Source: a bacterium (lineage in GTDB: Bacteria; Vulcanimicrobiota; JAZDOK01). From it: a DNA stretch of 64,000 bases. A program made the position numbers and the translations under genes. The notes beneath the pieces were generated by a model. The model was not told the origin of the DNA. It made no database searches and saw nothing but the letters and a program-made list of their open reading frames with translations. Position 1 is the stretch's first letter. Each line of letters opens with the position of its first letter. Positions 33,601-44,474 of the stretch are shown here, in pieces. Location of the stretch: NCBI GenBank assembly GCA_043798715.1, contig JAZDOK010000100.1:197645-261644 (forward strand), written 5' to 3'.

Positions 33601-34594
33601 TCTCCCTTAAACTCTGCGCCGCTGCTTCCGGCGCCATGGGGTTGATGTACATTCCTGTTCCCCACTCAAAACCCGCCGGATTGGTCAGCCTGGGAATGAT
33701 CTCCATGTGCCAGTGATAATGGTTCCGGCAGTCGTTGTTGAGGGGAGCGGTGTGCAGAACGTAGTTGAATGGAGGATCCTTCAGCGCATGGTGCATCCTT
33801 AAAAGAACCTCCTTGAGTACCTGGGCCAGCTCCATGACCTGGTTCTTGTTGACGTCGCTGTAGGAGGAGTCGTGGCGTTTGGGCAGGATCCAGGTCTCGA
33901 AGGGAAAGCGGGAGGCATATACCTGAAAGGCGATGAAGTGAGTGTTTTCCACGACGACCCGCTGAACGTCGGCCTTTTCCTGGCGGATGATGTCGCAGAA
34001 AATACAGCGTTCTTTGAATCCAAAATATTGGCGGCTCCCCTCGAGTTCCTCCATGACCCGCTTGGGGAGAACGGGCGTGGCGATCAACTGGGAGTGGGGA
34101 TGCTCCAGGGAAGCTCCCGCGGCCCGGCCGTGGTTTTTAAAAATGAGGATATAGCGGATGCGGGGATCCCGCTTTAGATCCTGGAAGCGGTCCCGGTATA
34201 TCCAGAGCACTTCTTCCAGTTGCTTTTCCTTCATGAGGGCCATTCCTTCGCCGTGATTGGGGGTTTCAATGATGACTTCGTGGGCGCCGACGCCGTTCAT
34301 CATATCGTACATTCCGAGGCCGGCCCGTCCCAGATCTCCAACGGCCCCGAGGGCGGGAAACTTGTTGGGTACGACCCGGCACCACCACCCCGTGGAATTA
34401 GGAGGCGTCCCGGCCTCCCGGTAGACGGCGATCTCGTCCGGGGTCATAGTCTCGTTGCCGGGGCACAACTGGCAGATGGGGACTTTCTGTTTAGGCTCCT
34501 CTTCCTTGCGGATGAAATCGTGCGGACGCTGGCCCCGTTCAGTGGCTATAATCACCCAGCGATTGGTCACCGGGTCCTTTCTCAGTTCTGGCAT
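33590..34594 (-). CDS. Galactose-1-phosphate uridylyltransferase family (HIT-like, GalT-type) protein
   Basis: 334 aa with a CQLCPGNE Zn motif and a HPHSQ histidine-triad-like active site. Confidence 0.65.
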   Translation of the reverse strand: MPELRKDPVTNRWVIIATERGQRPHDFIRKEEEPKQKVPICQLCPGNETMTPDEIAVYREAGTPPNSTGWWCRVVPNKFPALGAVGDLGRAGLGMYDMMNGVGAHEVIIETPNHGEGMALMKEKQLEEVLWIYRDRFQDLKRDPRIRYILIFKNHGRAAGASLEHPHSQLIATPVLPKRVMEELEGSRQYFGFKERCIFCDIIRQEKADVQRVVVENTHFIAFQVYASRFPFETWILPKRHDSSYSDVNKNQVMELAQVLKEVLLRMHHALKDPPFNYVLHTAPLNNDCRNHYHWHMEIIPRLTNPAGFEWGTGMYINPMAPEAAAQSLREIEI

Positions 34595-34648
34595 GGTCCT
34601 GGCCTCCCCAAAAACTCCATCCTCGCAAAGAATCCTGAGACGCCGATG

Positions 34649-36076
34649 TCAGGGCCGTCCGGCGAGGGCCTTCCGGTACAGTTCCATATATTTTCTGGCC
34701 GAGACTTCCCACGAGAGTTCCGCGGTCATAGCCCTCCGCATCAGATTAAGCCAGGCCGGACCCCTGCTGTAGCAGAAAAGAGCCCGCCGGACGGCGTCCA
34801 CCAGGTTCTCTCCGGTATAATCCTTAAACGAAATACCGTTGCCCACGATGGAATTTCGGGTGACGTCCACGATGGTATCCGCCAGGCCTCCGGTCTCATG
34901 GACAATGGGGATCGTCCCGTATTTCAGGCTGTATTGCTGATTCAGGCCGCAGGGTTCAAAACGGGAGGGCATGAGCAGAAAATCGGCTCCAGCTTCGATT
35001 TTGTGCGCCAGTTCCTCGTCGAAGGCGAAAGAGACTGCAATCTTGTCGGGGTACTTCTGCGCCAGAGCGGTCAACATCTCCTGATACCTGGCCTCTCCCT
35101 GGCCCAGGACAACCATCTGAAGGTCCAGCGCCATGATTTCGTCCTTTTTCTCCATCAGGAGATCGAAGCCTTTCTGCCCGGTCAGCTTTGAGATCATGCC
35201 GATCAGGGGGAGGCCCTTCCGATAGCGGAGAGGCGTACGCTTGAGGAGGTCCTTCTTGTTCTCCTCCTTGTCCTCCAGGGTGAGGAGGGAGTATCTTTTG
35301 GCGATGAACTCATCCTCTTCGGGACTCCAGACCTTTGAATCAATGCCGTTCAGCACCCCGTAGAGGTCCCGGCTGCGGCTCCTGAAGACGCCGTCGAGGC
35401 CCTCCCCATATTCCGGAGTCTGGATTTCCCGGGCGTAGCGCTCGCTCACCGTGGTGATGATGTCCGCAAAGGTGACGGCAGCCTTCAGGAAATTGACTCT
35501 GCCGAAAAACTCGAGGGGAGCCGTGGAGTTGAACAGATGCCGGGGAACGTCCAGAATTTCCAGGCTGTCGGCCTTGAAGAGGCCCTGGGAATTGATATTG
35601 TGAATGGTGTGAACAATCCCGGCCTTGATCTCCCCCTCGAGCCTGATGTAAAGCGGGATCAGAGCGCTCTCCCAGTCGTTGCAGTGTATTATATCGAAGG
35701 GAGTCCGGGAAGTTCTGATAAATTCATAGACGGCTTTGGAAAAAAGAGTGAAGCGCATGCAGTCGTCTTCATAGCCATAGAGGTTGTCTCTTCCGAAGTA
35801 AACGGGATAATCCACGAAATAGACCGGGATCCGGTTCCCCGGAAGATATGCTTTTTTAAATCTGACCGTCACTTCCCCGGCGAGATCGGAGACCGTTGTC
35901 TCCCCACAGGCCTTGAGATCGTGTGACGCCTTGTCCACCCTGCGATATCGGGGCATGATGATAGAGATATCCGCCCCCAGTTCCTTCAAGGCTGGAGGGA
36001 GGGCTCCGGCGACATCGGCCAGGCTTCCCGTTTTGGCAAAGGGCACAACTTCCGATGAGACATAAAGCACTTTCAT
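34649..36076 (-). CDS. glgA: Glycogen synthase (GT5)
   Basis: MKVLYVSSEVVPFAKTGSLADV N-terminus. I place the start at 36076; the track ORF runs upstream to 36265. Confidence 0.85.
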   Translation of the reverse strand: MKVLYVSSEVVPFAKTGSLADVAGALPPALKELGADISIIMPRYRRVDKASHDLKACGETTVSDLAGEVTVRFKKAYLPGNRIPVYFVDYPVYFGRDNLYGYEDDCMRFTLFSKAVYEFIRTSRTPFDIIHCNDWESALIPLYIRLEGEIKAGIVHTIHNINSQGLFKADSLEILDVPRHLFNSTAPLEFFGRVNFLKAAVTFADIITTVSERYAREIQTPEYGEGLDGVFRSRSRDLYGVLNGIDSKVWSPEEDEFIAKRYSLLTLEDKEENKKDLLKRTPLRYRKGLPLIGMISKLTGQKGFDLLMEKKDEIMALDLQMVVLGQGEARYQEMLTALAQKYPDKIAVSFAFDEELAHKIEAGADFLLMPSRFEPCGLNQQYSLKYGTIPIVHETGGLADTIVDVTRNSIVGNGISFKDYTGENLVDAVRRALFCYSRGPAWLNLMRRAMTAELSWEVSARKYMELYRKALAGRP

Positions 36077-36209
36077 CGAGGATTCTCCCTTGTGAAAAAA
36101 AAGCTCCGGATTTATTCCCTGCCCCTGAACCCTATTCCTGCCGGAGGAGGATTCGACGGAAAAAGAGACGAAGTTTAAAACACCTTTCTTAAGGAGTGTG
36201 GCCCCTGCC

Positions 36210-37541
36210 ATGAGTTCGAAAGAAGAGCTTTTAGCCAAGGCCCAGAAACCCGCCCGGGATGCCATGATCCTGCACCCTTTTTACAAGGGTAAAATCGAAT
36301 TGGCACCCAGGTGCTGTATCAGAAATTTCGACGACTTCGCCATCTGGTACACTCCCGGAGTGGCTGAGCCCTGCCGGGCGATTCAGCGGGAAAAAAATCT
36401 GGTCTACGAATACACCAACAAGTGGAACTCGGTGGCCGTGGTAAGCGACGGCACCCGGGTGCTGGGCCTGGGAGACATCGGCCCGGAGGCGGCCCTCCCG
36501 GTTATGGAGGGGAAGGCCCTGCTGTTTAAGTATCTCGGCGGCGTGGATGCCTTTCCCATCTGCCTTGCCGCGACTGGTGCAGACGACCTCATTCACGTGA
36601 CGAAGGCCCTGGAGCCCTCTTTCGGTGGAATAAACCTGGAAGACATCTCCCAACCCAAGTGTTTCCGGGTTCTCAAGACCCTCCGGGAGGAAATGCAGAT
36701 TCCCGTCTGGCACGACGATCAGCAGGGGACGGCGGCGGTCACCCTGGCGGGATTGGTCAACGCCCTGAAAGTCGTCGGAAAGAAATTAAGCGATGTCCGG
36801 ATCGCCATGATAGGCGCCGGCGCCGCCAACATCTGCATCGCCCGGATCCTCATGGCCGCGGGAGCGGACCCGGAGAAAATCATCATGGTTGACATCGGCG
36901 GCATTCTCCACCGGGGGAGGTCCGAGCTTCGGGAATCCCACCAGGAGCAGTGGGAGATGTGTCTTGCGACCAACGGGGGCAATGTGACCGGCGGCATCCC
37001 TGAGGCCATGAGGGGGGCCGAGGCGCTCATCTCTCTTGCGGCCCCCGGCCCCGATATCATAAAACCCGAGTGGATACATACCATGGCCAAAGATCCCATA
37101 GTCTTTGCCTGCGCCAATCCCATCCCCGAAATCTGGCCCTGGGATGCCAAAGAGGCGGGCGCAGCCGTGGTCGCTACCGGGCGCTCCGATTTCCCGAATC
37201 AGGTCAATAACTCCCTGGGCTTCCCGGGCATCTTCCGGGGAACTCTTGATGTCCGCGCCAGGGCGATCTCCGATGAAATGTGCATCGCCGCCGCCATGGA
37301 GCTGGCCCGCTGCGCCGAGGACGGGGGGCTCAGCGAGGATCGGATCGTCCCGGCGATGAACGAGTGGGAAGTCTATCCGCGGGAGGCCGCCGCCGTCGCC
37401 GTCAAGGCCGTCGAACAGGGCCTGGCCGCGATTCCCCTCACCTGGGAGGAAGCTTATGTAAAAGCCTCCGCCATTATCCGGAGGGCCAGGGAAGAAGCCG
37501 CGGCCCTCATGAAAGGTGGATTCATCCCCCCTCCGCCTTGA
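36210..37541 (+). CDS. NAD(P)-dependent malic enzyme (short form)
   Basis: Malic-enzyme NAD-binding region and a conserved N-terminal domain. The start is the ATG at 36210 or the GTG at 36198. Confidence 0.8.
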   Translation: MSSKEELLAKAQKPARDAMILHPFYKGKIELAPRCCIRNFDDFAIWYTPGVAEPCRAIQREKNLVYEYTNKWNSVAVVSDGTRVLGLGDIGPEAALPVMEGKALLFKYLGGVDAFPICLAATGADDLIHVTKALEPSFGGINLEDISQPKCFRVLKTLREEMQIPVWHDDQQGTAAVTLAGLVNALKVVGKKLSDVRIAMIGAGAANICIARILMAAGADPEKIIMVDIGGILHRGRSELRESHQEQWEMCLATNGGNVTGGIPEAMRGAEALISLAAPGPDIIKPEWIHTMAKDPIVFACANPIPEIWPWDAKEAGAAVVATGRSDFPNQVNNSLGFPGIFRGTLDVRARAISDEMCIAAAMELARCAEDGGLSEDRIVPAMNEWEVYPREAAAVAVKAVEQGLAAIPLTWEEAYVKASAIIRRAREEAAALMKGGFIPPPP

Positions 37542-37602
37542 CTTTTATCTGAAAAGTTTTGACATACGAAACAGCGGATGAATCATTACTATGAGGTGAG
37601 CG

Positions 37603-38064
37603 ATGAAAAAGTGTGGCCTTGTTATTTTCATAATTCTCGTTGTGGGATGTGTCGTTCTTTTTTTTGGGACCAAGAACCGGATAAGCCGGAACACGAATTC
37701 TGTGATTCACACTTACGCCGGTATTGCTCTTGAAAAGATTGCCCTCTGGGACCCGGCCGAGTTGCAGTATCGGGCAGCCCTTAAATCGGATCCCGGGAAC
37801 GCGTCGGCTCTTAAAGGCCTGGCCATGGTCTATTTCGGTAAAAAGCGGTATGATTCAGCGGTCACCTTCATCAACCGGGCCCTGTCTAAGGACAAGCACT
37901 GGGTGAAGGGCTACCTGCACCGGGCCAAGGTTTTCGAGGCGAAAAAGGACTTCCCATACGCCATTGCCAGCTACAAGAAATACCTGGCCGAATCCCCAGA
38001 TCTTTCCTCGGCGTCCCGGTACATAATCGAGCAGAAGATTTCGAAGCTGTCTACTGGAATATAG
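37603..38064 (+). CDS. TPR-repeat lipoprotein
   Basis: Signal peptide with LVVGC and TPR-like helices. Confidence 0.55.
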   Translation: MKKCGLVIFIILVVGCVVLFFGTKNRISRNTNSVIHTYAGIALEKIALWDPAELQYRAALKSDPGNASALKGLAMVYFGKKRYDSAVTFINRALSKDKHWVKGYLHRAKVFEAKKDFPYAIASYKKYLAESPDLSSASRYIIEQKISKLSTGI

Positions 38065-38078
38065 GCGATTCTCCGGCG

Positions 38079-39458
38079 TCAGGAGGCCGTCCCGCTTTCT
38101 TCTTCCTCCCGGGCGCGAATTTTCTGGTTCAGGATCCGCACCTCCCTGCAGAGGCAGACGGCGGTGAGGACCGAAGAGATTAAATCGGAGAGCGGGCTGG
38201 TCATGAAGACTCCCGTCAATCCGAAGAAGCGGGGGAGGATGAGGATAGCCGGGATGAGGACCACCACCTGCCTCAGTAGGCTCAGAATCATGGCCTCCCT
38301 CGGTTTTCCCACCGCCTGAAAGTAACTGGAACTTACGATCTGAAATCCGACGATCGGAAGAAGAAGAAGATAGATCCTCATCGCCTGGGTCCCCAGGCGA
38401 AGCAGCTCTTTATCGCTGGAGTTGAACATCCGGATCAACTGTTCCGGGAAAAACATGGCGACGGTAAAGCCGCAGAAGACAACCGCGCTTGCGGCCAGAA
38501 TGGCCAATTTGAGGGTCTTTTTGACCCGGTCGAATTTTTTTGCGCCATAGTTGTAACCTATAATGGGTTGAGCGCCATGATTGATGCCGAAGATCGGCAT
38601 CAGGATCATCATGGTGACGCTGTAGATTATGCCCATGGCGGACACCGCCACATCTCCGCCGTAAGTGACCAGACTTTTATTTAAAATGACCGTCACGGCG
38701 GCTGCCGCTATCTGCATGAAAAAGGGGGCCGAACCCAGGATAATAATCCTGGATACAAGCCGGCCCTTCAGGCGCAGATTCTTGCGGCGCAGCTTCATGG
38801 TGCTTTTCCCGCGGGTGAAATAGAGAAGAACCCAGACGGTTGTGACCGCCTGGGCGATGACGGTGGCCCATGCGGCCCCGCGCATCCCCCAGTGGAAGGC
38901 GAAGATGAAGAGGGACGCCAGGGCCGCATTGGTGAGAGCGCTGATGAACATGGAGACCATGGCGGTCCGTGGGCTTCCGTCGGCGCGGATGAAGTTGTTG
39001 GCGCCGAATCCGACTCCGGCGAAGACGCTTCCTATCAGGATGATCCCTATATACTGGGCCGCATAAGGAAGAACCGTCTCGCTGGCTCCGAAAAAACTAA
39101 GAAGGGGTTTAAGAAAGATGAGGCCTCCTGCTGTAAGAAAAAGAGAAACCAGGACCAGCAGAGTCAGGGCGTTGCCCATGACCATTTCAGCTTCTTCTTT
39201 TTTTCCCTCACCCAGCCGAATTGAGATCAGGGTCGTAGCTCCAATCCCGATCAACATGCCGAAGGCCATGATGAGGAGCATGACCGAAAATCCGATGGTG
39301 ACGCCCGCTATGCCGAGAGAGCCGACGGCCTGCCCGATGAAGATGCGGTCCACCACGCTGTAGGAGGCGCTGACAATCATGCCGACGATCGCCGGTATGG
39401 AAAAACGAAAAAGCAGGCGGGGAATGCCCTCTTCACCCAGTTGTCTGGTGCGGTCCAA
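38079..39458 (-). CDS. MATE-family efflux transporter
   Basis: 459 aa, 12 TM, NorM/MATE-like. Confidence 0.8.
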   Translation of the reverse strand: MDRTRQLGEEGIPRLLFRFSIPAIVGMIVSASYSVVDRIFIGQAVGSLGIAGVTIGFSVMLLIMAFGMLIGIGATTLISIRLGEGKKEEAEMVMGNALTLLVLVSLFLTAGGLIFLKPLLSFFGASETVLPYAAQYIGIILIGSVFAGVGFGANNFIRADGSPRTAMVSMFISALTNAALASLFIFAFHWGMRGAAWATVIAQAVTTVWVLLYFTRGKSTMKLRRKNLRLKGRLVSRIIILGSAPFFMQIAAAAVTVILNKSLVTYGGDVAVSAMGIIYSVTMMILMPIFGINHGAQPIIGYNYGAKKFDRVKKTLKLAILAASAVVFCGFTVAMFFPEQLIRMFNSSDKELLRLGTQAMRIYLLLLPIVGFQIVSSSYFQAVGKPREAMILSLLRQVVVLIPAILILPRFFGLTGVFMTSPLSDLISSVLTAVCLCREVRILNQKIRAREEEESGTAS

Positions 39459-39515
39459 ACTTAAACTCCTTCAAATCCGGTTTCGGCGGGAAATACCGGC
39501 GGCGTCAACGCATTG

Positions 39516-40127
39516 TTACTTCCTGGCCAGAATTTTTTTCGCCATGGACTCCGACAGGTCCGGGTCATAGCTCGTAATGAAAAAGATGCAGTTGTCTATG
39601 CAAAATACCAGAGAATAACCGCCGTATCTGCCTGAGATGCTGAAGCCCAGATCTCCAAAGGGAACTTTGCGGCACAGGAAATAGTCCTGGTAGACGTAAG
39701 GCTGTGTGGAATTCCAGTCAGGCCGGCTCAGGCTCTTAGTGTAGGTGATGTACAGAACGCCGTTTTCAGCTTGTTCCGGCTTGTCGTAGCAGCCGTATTC
39801 AACAGTGGCCCGGAAGTTGAGATTGGCGTCGGTCCAGGTCTGGCGGATGCCATCAACCGTGGAAGAGATCGAAGGCTCTCCCAGCAGGGTCGAATCAAAA
39901 GTTCCGGCGGAGTATCCGGTCTCCGGGTGAGAAAAGCGCTCCGGGAGGGAATCGAAGACAGGCCATAGATGATCAATTCGCTCTTCGTTGTTCAGGGAGA
40001 GGGTCGGCACATCGGCTGCTCGAAGCTGGTATTTCTGGCTCTCAAAAAAGGCCCAGCCGGCCCGGAAAAGAGCCAGAACGAGCAGAGCCGGGATCAGGGT
40101 GATGGCCAGGAGGCGAATCTTGTTCAT
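39516..40127 (-). CDS. Hypothetical exported protein (203 aa)
   Basis: It has a signal-anchor. Its start overlaps the stop of the upstream Mo-enzyme gene in an ATGA arrangement. Confidence 0.45.
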   Translation of the reverse strand: MNKIRLLAITLIPALLVLALFRAGWAFFESQKYQLRAADVPTLSLNNEERIDHLWPVFDSLPERFSHPETGYSAGTFDSTLLGEPSISSTVDGIRQTWTDANLNFRATVEYGCYDKPEQAENGVLYITYTKSLSRPDWNSTQPYVYQDYFLCRKVPFGDLGFSISGRYGGYSLVFCIDNCIFFITSYDPDLSESMAKKILARK

Positions 40128-42411
40128 CGGGCATCAACCTCCGCGATGTCCTCAGGCAGGATGGGCAGGCGCCTGGCCCGGTAACCCACCGCGTTGAAAA
40201 TGGCGTTGGCCACGGCCGGAGCACTCGGGATGAGGGGAGTCTCGGCGAATCCCTTGGCTCCGAAGGGACCTCCGGAGTATGGTTTTTCAATCAGGATGAC
40301 CTTGAATTCCGGGGCATCAAGGACGGTAGGGATGGTGTAAGTGGCCAGAGAGGAACTCAGGAGCCGCCCTTCCTTCATGACCATGTTTTCGTAGAGGGCG
40401 TAGCCTATTCCCTGGAGGGCGCCGCCTTCGATCTGGCCTTCGAGAGACTGCGGGTTTATCGCCCGTCCCACGTCATGGGCCGCCGTAAGCTTAAGAACCT
40501 GCACCGCTCCGCTCAGAAGATCCACTTCGACTTCGGCTATGTGAGTGGCGTAGGAGTAAATAAAATAGGCCTCGCCCTGGGACACTTCCTCATCCCAGGC
40601 GAGGGGCGGAGCGGTAAAATATCCCATGGTGGACAGGCAGACGTTTCTCAGGTAGCACTCCCTGGTCACCTTTTCAAAAGAGATCTCCCGGCCGCGGGCG
40701 GAATATCCATTCGGAAAGCCGTTCACCTCTTCCGGGGAGGCGCCCAGAAGGGAGGCGGCCACGGCGACAAGTTTTTCCCTGATCTCGCGGGCGGCGGCGA
40801 TGACGGCATTGCCGGCCAAAAGCGTCGTCCTGGAGGCGACCGAGGGACCGCTGTCCGGAACAAATCCGGTGCTGGTCTCCAGCATCCGCACCCGGTCAGT
40901 CGTTACGCCGAGCGCCTCGGCGGCGATCTGGGTGAGGACGGTCAAGGCCCCCTGGCCCATGTCCACGTTGCCCACGGCCACATTGATGGTGCCGTCCTGC
41001 CAGACTTGCAGGTGCGCCCCGGCCTTGTCCAGAGCCCATCCTTTGGATCCCAGGCTGACCCCGTAGAAACTGGTGGCCACGCCTATTCCCCGCCGGACTC
41101 CTCCGGACTGCCGCGAAAACTCCTCCCGCTTTTTATCCCATCCGGAGGCCTCGCGGGCCTCCTCCAGGGTTTCCACCAGTCCCACGCTCTCGGTGAGCTT
41201 ATGGCTGGTGGCGGTGAGGGAGCCCTCCCGAAGAGCGTTCTTGAGGCGCAATTCCATGGGATCCATCGAAAGCTCCGAGGCCAGCTCATCCATTAAGGAC
41301 TCGGAGGCGAAGGCGACCTGGGGCTGGCCGAATCCCCGCATGGCGCCGGTTGGAAACTGGTTGGTATAGACGCCGATGGTATCAACACGGACGTGGGGAA
41401 CGACGTAGGGGCCGGCCGCATGGACGTTCGTGCGGAACAGGACGACGGGGGACAGTGAGTCATAGGCCCCGCAGTCGGCGTATATCGTGACCTCGATGGC
41501 GGTCAGGCGGCCGTCTTTTTTGGCTCCGATTTTATAGTCCATGATCATGGGGTGCCGCTTGCTGGTGGTGACGAGGTCCTCTTCCCTTGTCAGGACCATC
41601 TTTACCGGCCTGCCGGAGGCCACGGCGAGAAGGGCCGCCCTGGCGCAGACTTCCGAGGGAACGTCCTCCTTCCCTCCGAAGCCGCCCCCCATCACAACCT
41701 GAATGACCCGCACCTTGTTGTAGCCGATTCCAAGGCAGCGGGCCACGGCTTTCTGGACATAGAAGGGGCACTGTATGGAGCCATAGAGAGTCACCTCTCC
41801 ATCGGGGCCGGGAACGGCGACAGCCCCCTGGGTCTCCAGGTAGACGTGTTCCTGGTGCTTCACCTCATAGCGCCGTTTAAGAACGACGTCGGCCTCGCGG
41901 AATCCCTCCTCCGTGTTGCCCTTGCGGAGCTTGAGGTGAAGGGCCTTGTTGCCTCCGGGGTGAATGGCCGGAACCCCTGCCTTTAAAGCGTCTTCCGGGT
42001 GGAAGACGCCGGGGAGAGCCTCATAATCAACTTTGATAAGCCTGGACGCCTTCTCGGCGGCCTCTCTGGACTCAGCCGCCACGAGGGCGATGCAGTCTCC
42101 GGCGTAACGCACTTTCTCATAAGCCAGAAGCGGCTGGCCTTCCTTTACGACTCCGATTTCATTTTTGCCGGGGATATCCCCGGCGGTGAGCACGCTGATG
42201 ACGCCCGGCTGCCTCTGGGCCTCGCGCACGTCAACCGAGCGGATGAGGCCGTGGGGAGAGGAGCTGTAAAAGCCCTTGCCATAGAGCATTCCCGGGAAGA
42301 CGAGATCGTCCGTATAGGCCGCTTTGCCCTCGGCCTTCAGGAGCCCGTCAACGCGCTCCAAGGGCTTTCCGATGCAGCTTTCCACGGACGGAGAGATGAG
42401 TATCGTCATAA
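40124..42411 (-). CDS. Xanthine dehydrogenase / aldehyde oxidoreductase family molybdopterin-binding subunit
   Basis: A ~760-aa MoCo-binding large subunit. The likely start is MTILIS at 42411, preceded by a GGAGGA RBS. The track ORF starts at 42556. Confidence 0.8.
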
Positions 42412-42549
42412 GAAATCCTCCTGTTCTTTCCCCTTTTCGTTCGAGATTCGGAGCGTCTCTTCCTCCAGCATATTCTGTCTTGAATAACACCTCGAAAAAG
42501 ACTGAGGTATGTGACGTCAGGCGATCATGCGATGGGCGTTCACCTCGCC

Positions 42550-42577
42550 TTGACATCTCAAAGTGATATGCTATAAT
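42550..42577 (+). promoter_or_regulatory. Sigma70 promoter with extended -10 (TTGACA-16-TGcTATAAT)
   Basis: TTGACA at 42550-55 and TGCTATAAT at 42569-77. The tRNA 5' end lies 11 nt downstream. Confidence 0.6.
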
Positions 42578-42588
42578 CTAACGTACGG

Positions 42589-42665
<77 letters not shown>

Positions 42666-42690
42666 AAGCTGATAATTGACTTAATATAAA

Positions 42691-42728
42691 ACACAGGCGC
42701 CCTTTCGAGGGCGCCTGTGTCGCTTTTA
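42691..42728 (+). terminator. Rho-independent terminator after tRNA-fMet
   Basis: acacaggcgccc-tttcga-gggcgcctgtgt followed by cgcttttat. Confidence 0.6.
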
Positions 42729-42763
42729 TCCCGCATCTTTCCGCCGGCCAGAGGTGTAAGTAT

Positions 42764-43543
42764 TCAGGCCTCGGTGTCCCTGGGGACGACCTCCATCGAG
42801 GAGATGGTGAGGCAGGAGAGGAGCAGGAAGATGGCTCCGTAGCCAAGGAGGAAGGCGAAGGCCGCCCACTGGTACTCCGCCTGATAGAAAAGATCCTGAG
42901 GCCCGCCCCTCATAGGCGGATAGGGCAGGAGCTCGTGCAGGTGATAGAGTATTGTCAGGCGTTTGAAAAAGCCGGGGAGCCACCCGGCCATGTTCTCCCA
43001 CCCGAAACCTATTAAAAATCCGGCCAGGTAAGGATTTTTTAAAGCCAGCCCGAGGAGGGAGAAGAGAGCCCCATACACCAGGATTCCCAGAACCGAGACC
43101 CCGGCGGCCGCCAGGAAATCCAGGATGCTTTGGCCTGAAAAATATGTCATGCGCAGACTCAAAGCATAGGTTCCGGCCTGTGAAAGGATAACCAGAACCG
43201 ACAGAGCCGAAAAAGCGCCGGCGAACTTGGCCAGGAAGAGAAGCGACCGGGGCACGGGACGCGTGAAGAGGTAGGGCAGCGTGCCGGAGTCCATCTCCGA
43301 AGAAATCAGGCTCACCCCCAGGTAGAGAGAGCTGAGAGGAATGAAAAATCCCAGGTAGTATCCCATCAGCACAAATTGATAGGGGTTGTAGGCGGCAAAT
43401 CCGGTAACTCTGCCTTTTACAAATAAGGAGTAAAAAATCAGCATCGCCAGCCAGGGGAAGACGGCCAGGAAGATCAGGCCGCTTCGTGACGCGGCGTGGC
43501 GGGCCGTCCGCATGAAGATGGATCTCAGAGCCTCCTGATTCAC
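42764..43543 (-). CDS. ABC-2 type transporter permease
   Basis: 259 aa, 6 TM. Confidence 0.7.
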   Translation of the reverse strand: MNQEALRSIFMRTARHAASRSGLIFLAVFPWLAMLIFYSLFVKGRVTGFAAYNPYQFVLMGYYLGFFIPLSSLYLGVSLISSEMDSGTLPYLFTRPVPRSLLFLAKFAGAFSALSVLVILSQAGTYALSLRMTYFSGQSILDFLAAAGVSVLGILVYGALFSLLGLALKNPYLAGFLIGFGWENMAGWLPGFFKRLTILYHLHELLPYPPMRGGPQDLFYQAEYQWAAFAFLLGYGAIFLLLSCLTISSMEVVPRDTEA

Positions 43544-43559
43544 TTTCCCCTCCTCCGCC

Positions 43560-44474
43560 TCATTTTACCAGGTACTCAAAGACGGCCGCAAGATTGTCGT
43601 CAAGCGGATTTATGATTTCAATTCCCAGGTTCCGCTTCGAGAGAAGGGCCGTCAGGTCACGGTAGAAGCGCCCGGCCTCGCTGACCTCCAGGGTGAGACC
43701 CCGCCCGTCCGGGCTGAAAGAGACGGAAAAGACGCAGGGCCAGGCGCTCAACTCCGCGCCCATGAGACGCGCATCGGCGCAGCGGAGAAAAATGCGCAGG
43801 GGGCGGCTGTGGATGGCCTCGCGTACTTCGAGAACTTCACCGGAGGCCAGGATACGCCCCTTGTCCAGGAGCAGAATCCGGGAGGTCATGGCCTCCACCT
43901 CGTGCAGGACGTGGGAGGAGACCAGGATATACTTCCCCGCTTCCCCCAGTTTCCTGATCAATTCAATCGTCTGGACCCGGCTCTTGGGATCCATCCCGTT
44001 CAAGGGCTCATCGAGCAGAATGACATCCGGATCATGCACCAGGGCCTGAGCGATCTTGACCTTCTGGCGCATCCCCTTGCTCATGCGGCAAATCCTGTAA
44101 TTAGCTTCCTCCAGCAGGGCGACTTCACGGCAGGTTTTCACGGCCCGCTCCATGGCCTCAGCCGGGGAATAGCCCGAGAGCCGGGCCAGGTAGGCGACAA
44201 AGTCAAGGCCGGTCATCTCCTCGTAGAAATGATCGACGGAGGGGCAGTAGCCCAGAAGCCTTAACGCTTCCGGATTGGCAAATATAGATTTCCCTCCCAG
44301 AGTGATCGAGCCGGTGGAGGGGAGGAGCAGACCCGCGCAGATATTTAGGAGGGTGCTCTTCCCGGCTCCGTTCACCCCCAGAAGGCCGGTGACGCCGCTC
44401 TCAAGGTCGAGACTGACCCTGTTTAAACCCAGAACCAGGCCATACCAGCGCGAAACTTCCATGAGACTGATCAT
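43560..44474 (-). CDS. ABC transporter ATP-binding protein
   Basis: Walker A GVNGAGKST, signature region and Walker B ILLDEP. I place the start at MISLMEV, which gives an ATGA overlap with the upstream permease. Confidence 0.8.
   Translation of the reverse strand: MISLMEVSRWYGLVLGLNRVSLDLESGVTGLLGVNGAGKSTLLNICAGLLLPSTGSITLGGKSIFANPEALRLLGYCPSVDHFYEEMTGLDFVAYLARLSGYSPAEAMERAVKTCREVALLEEANYRICRMSKGMRQKVKIAQALVHDPDVILLDEPLNGMDPKSRVQTIELIRKLGEAGKYILVSSHVLHEVEAMTSRILLLDKGRILASGEVLEVREAIHSRPLRIFLRCADARLMGAELSAWPCVFSVSFSPDGRGLTLEVSEAGRFYRDLTALLSKRNLGIEIINPLDDNLAAVFEYLVK

Noticed and set aside
36719-37150. 143-aa antisense ORF inside the malic enzyme gene
   Set aside because: It is antisense to a well-conserved enzyme and has no RBS.
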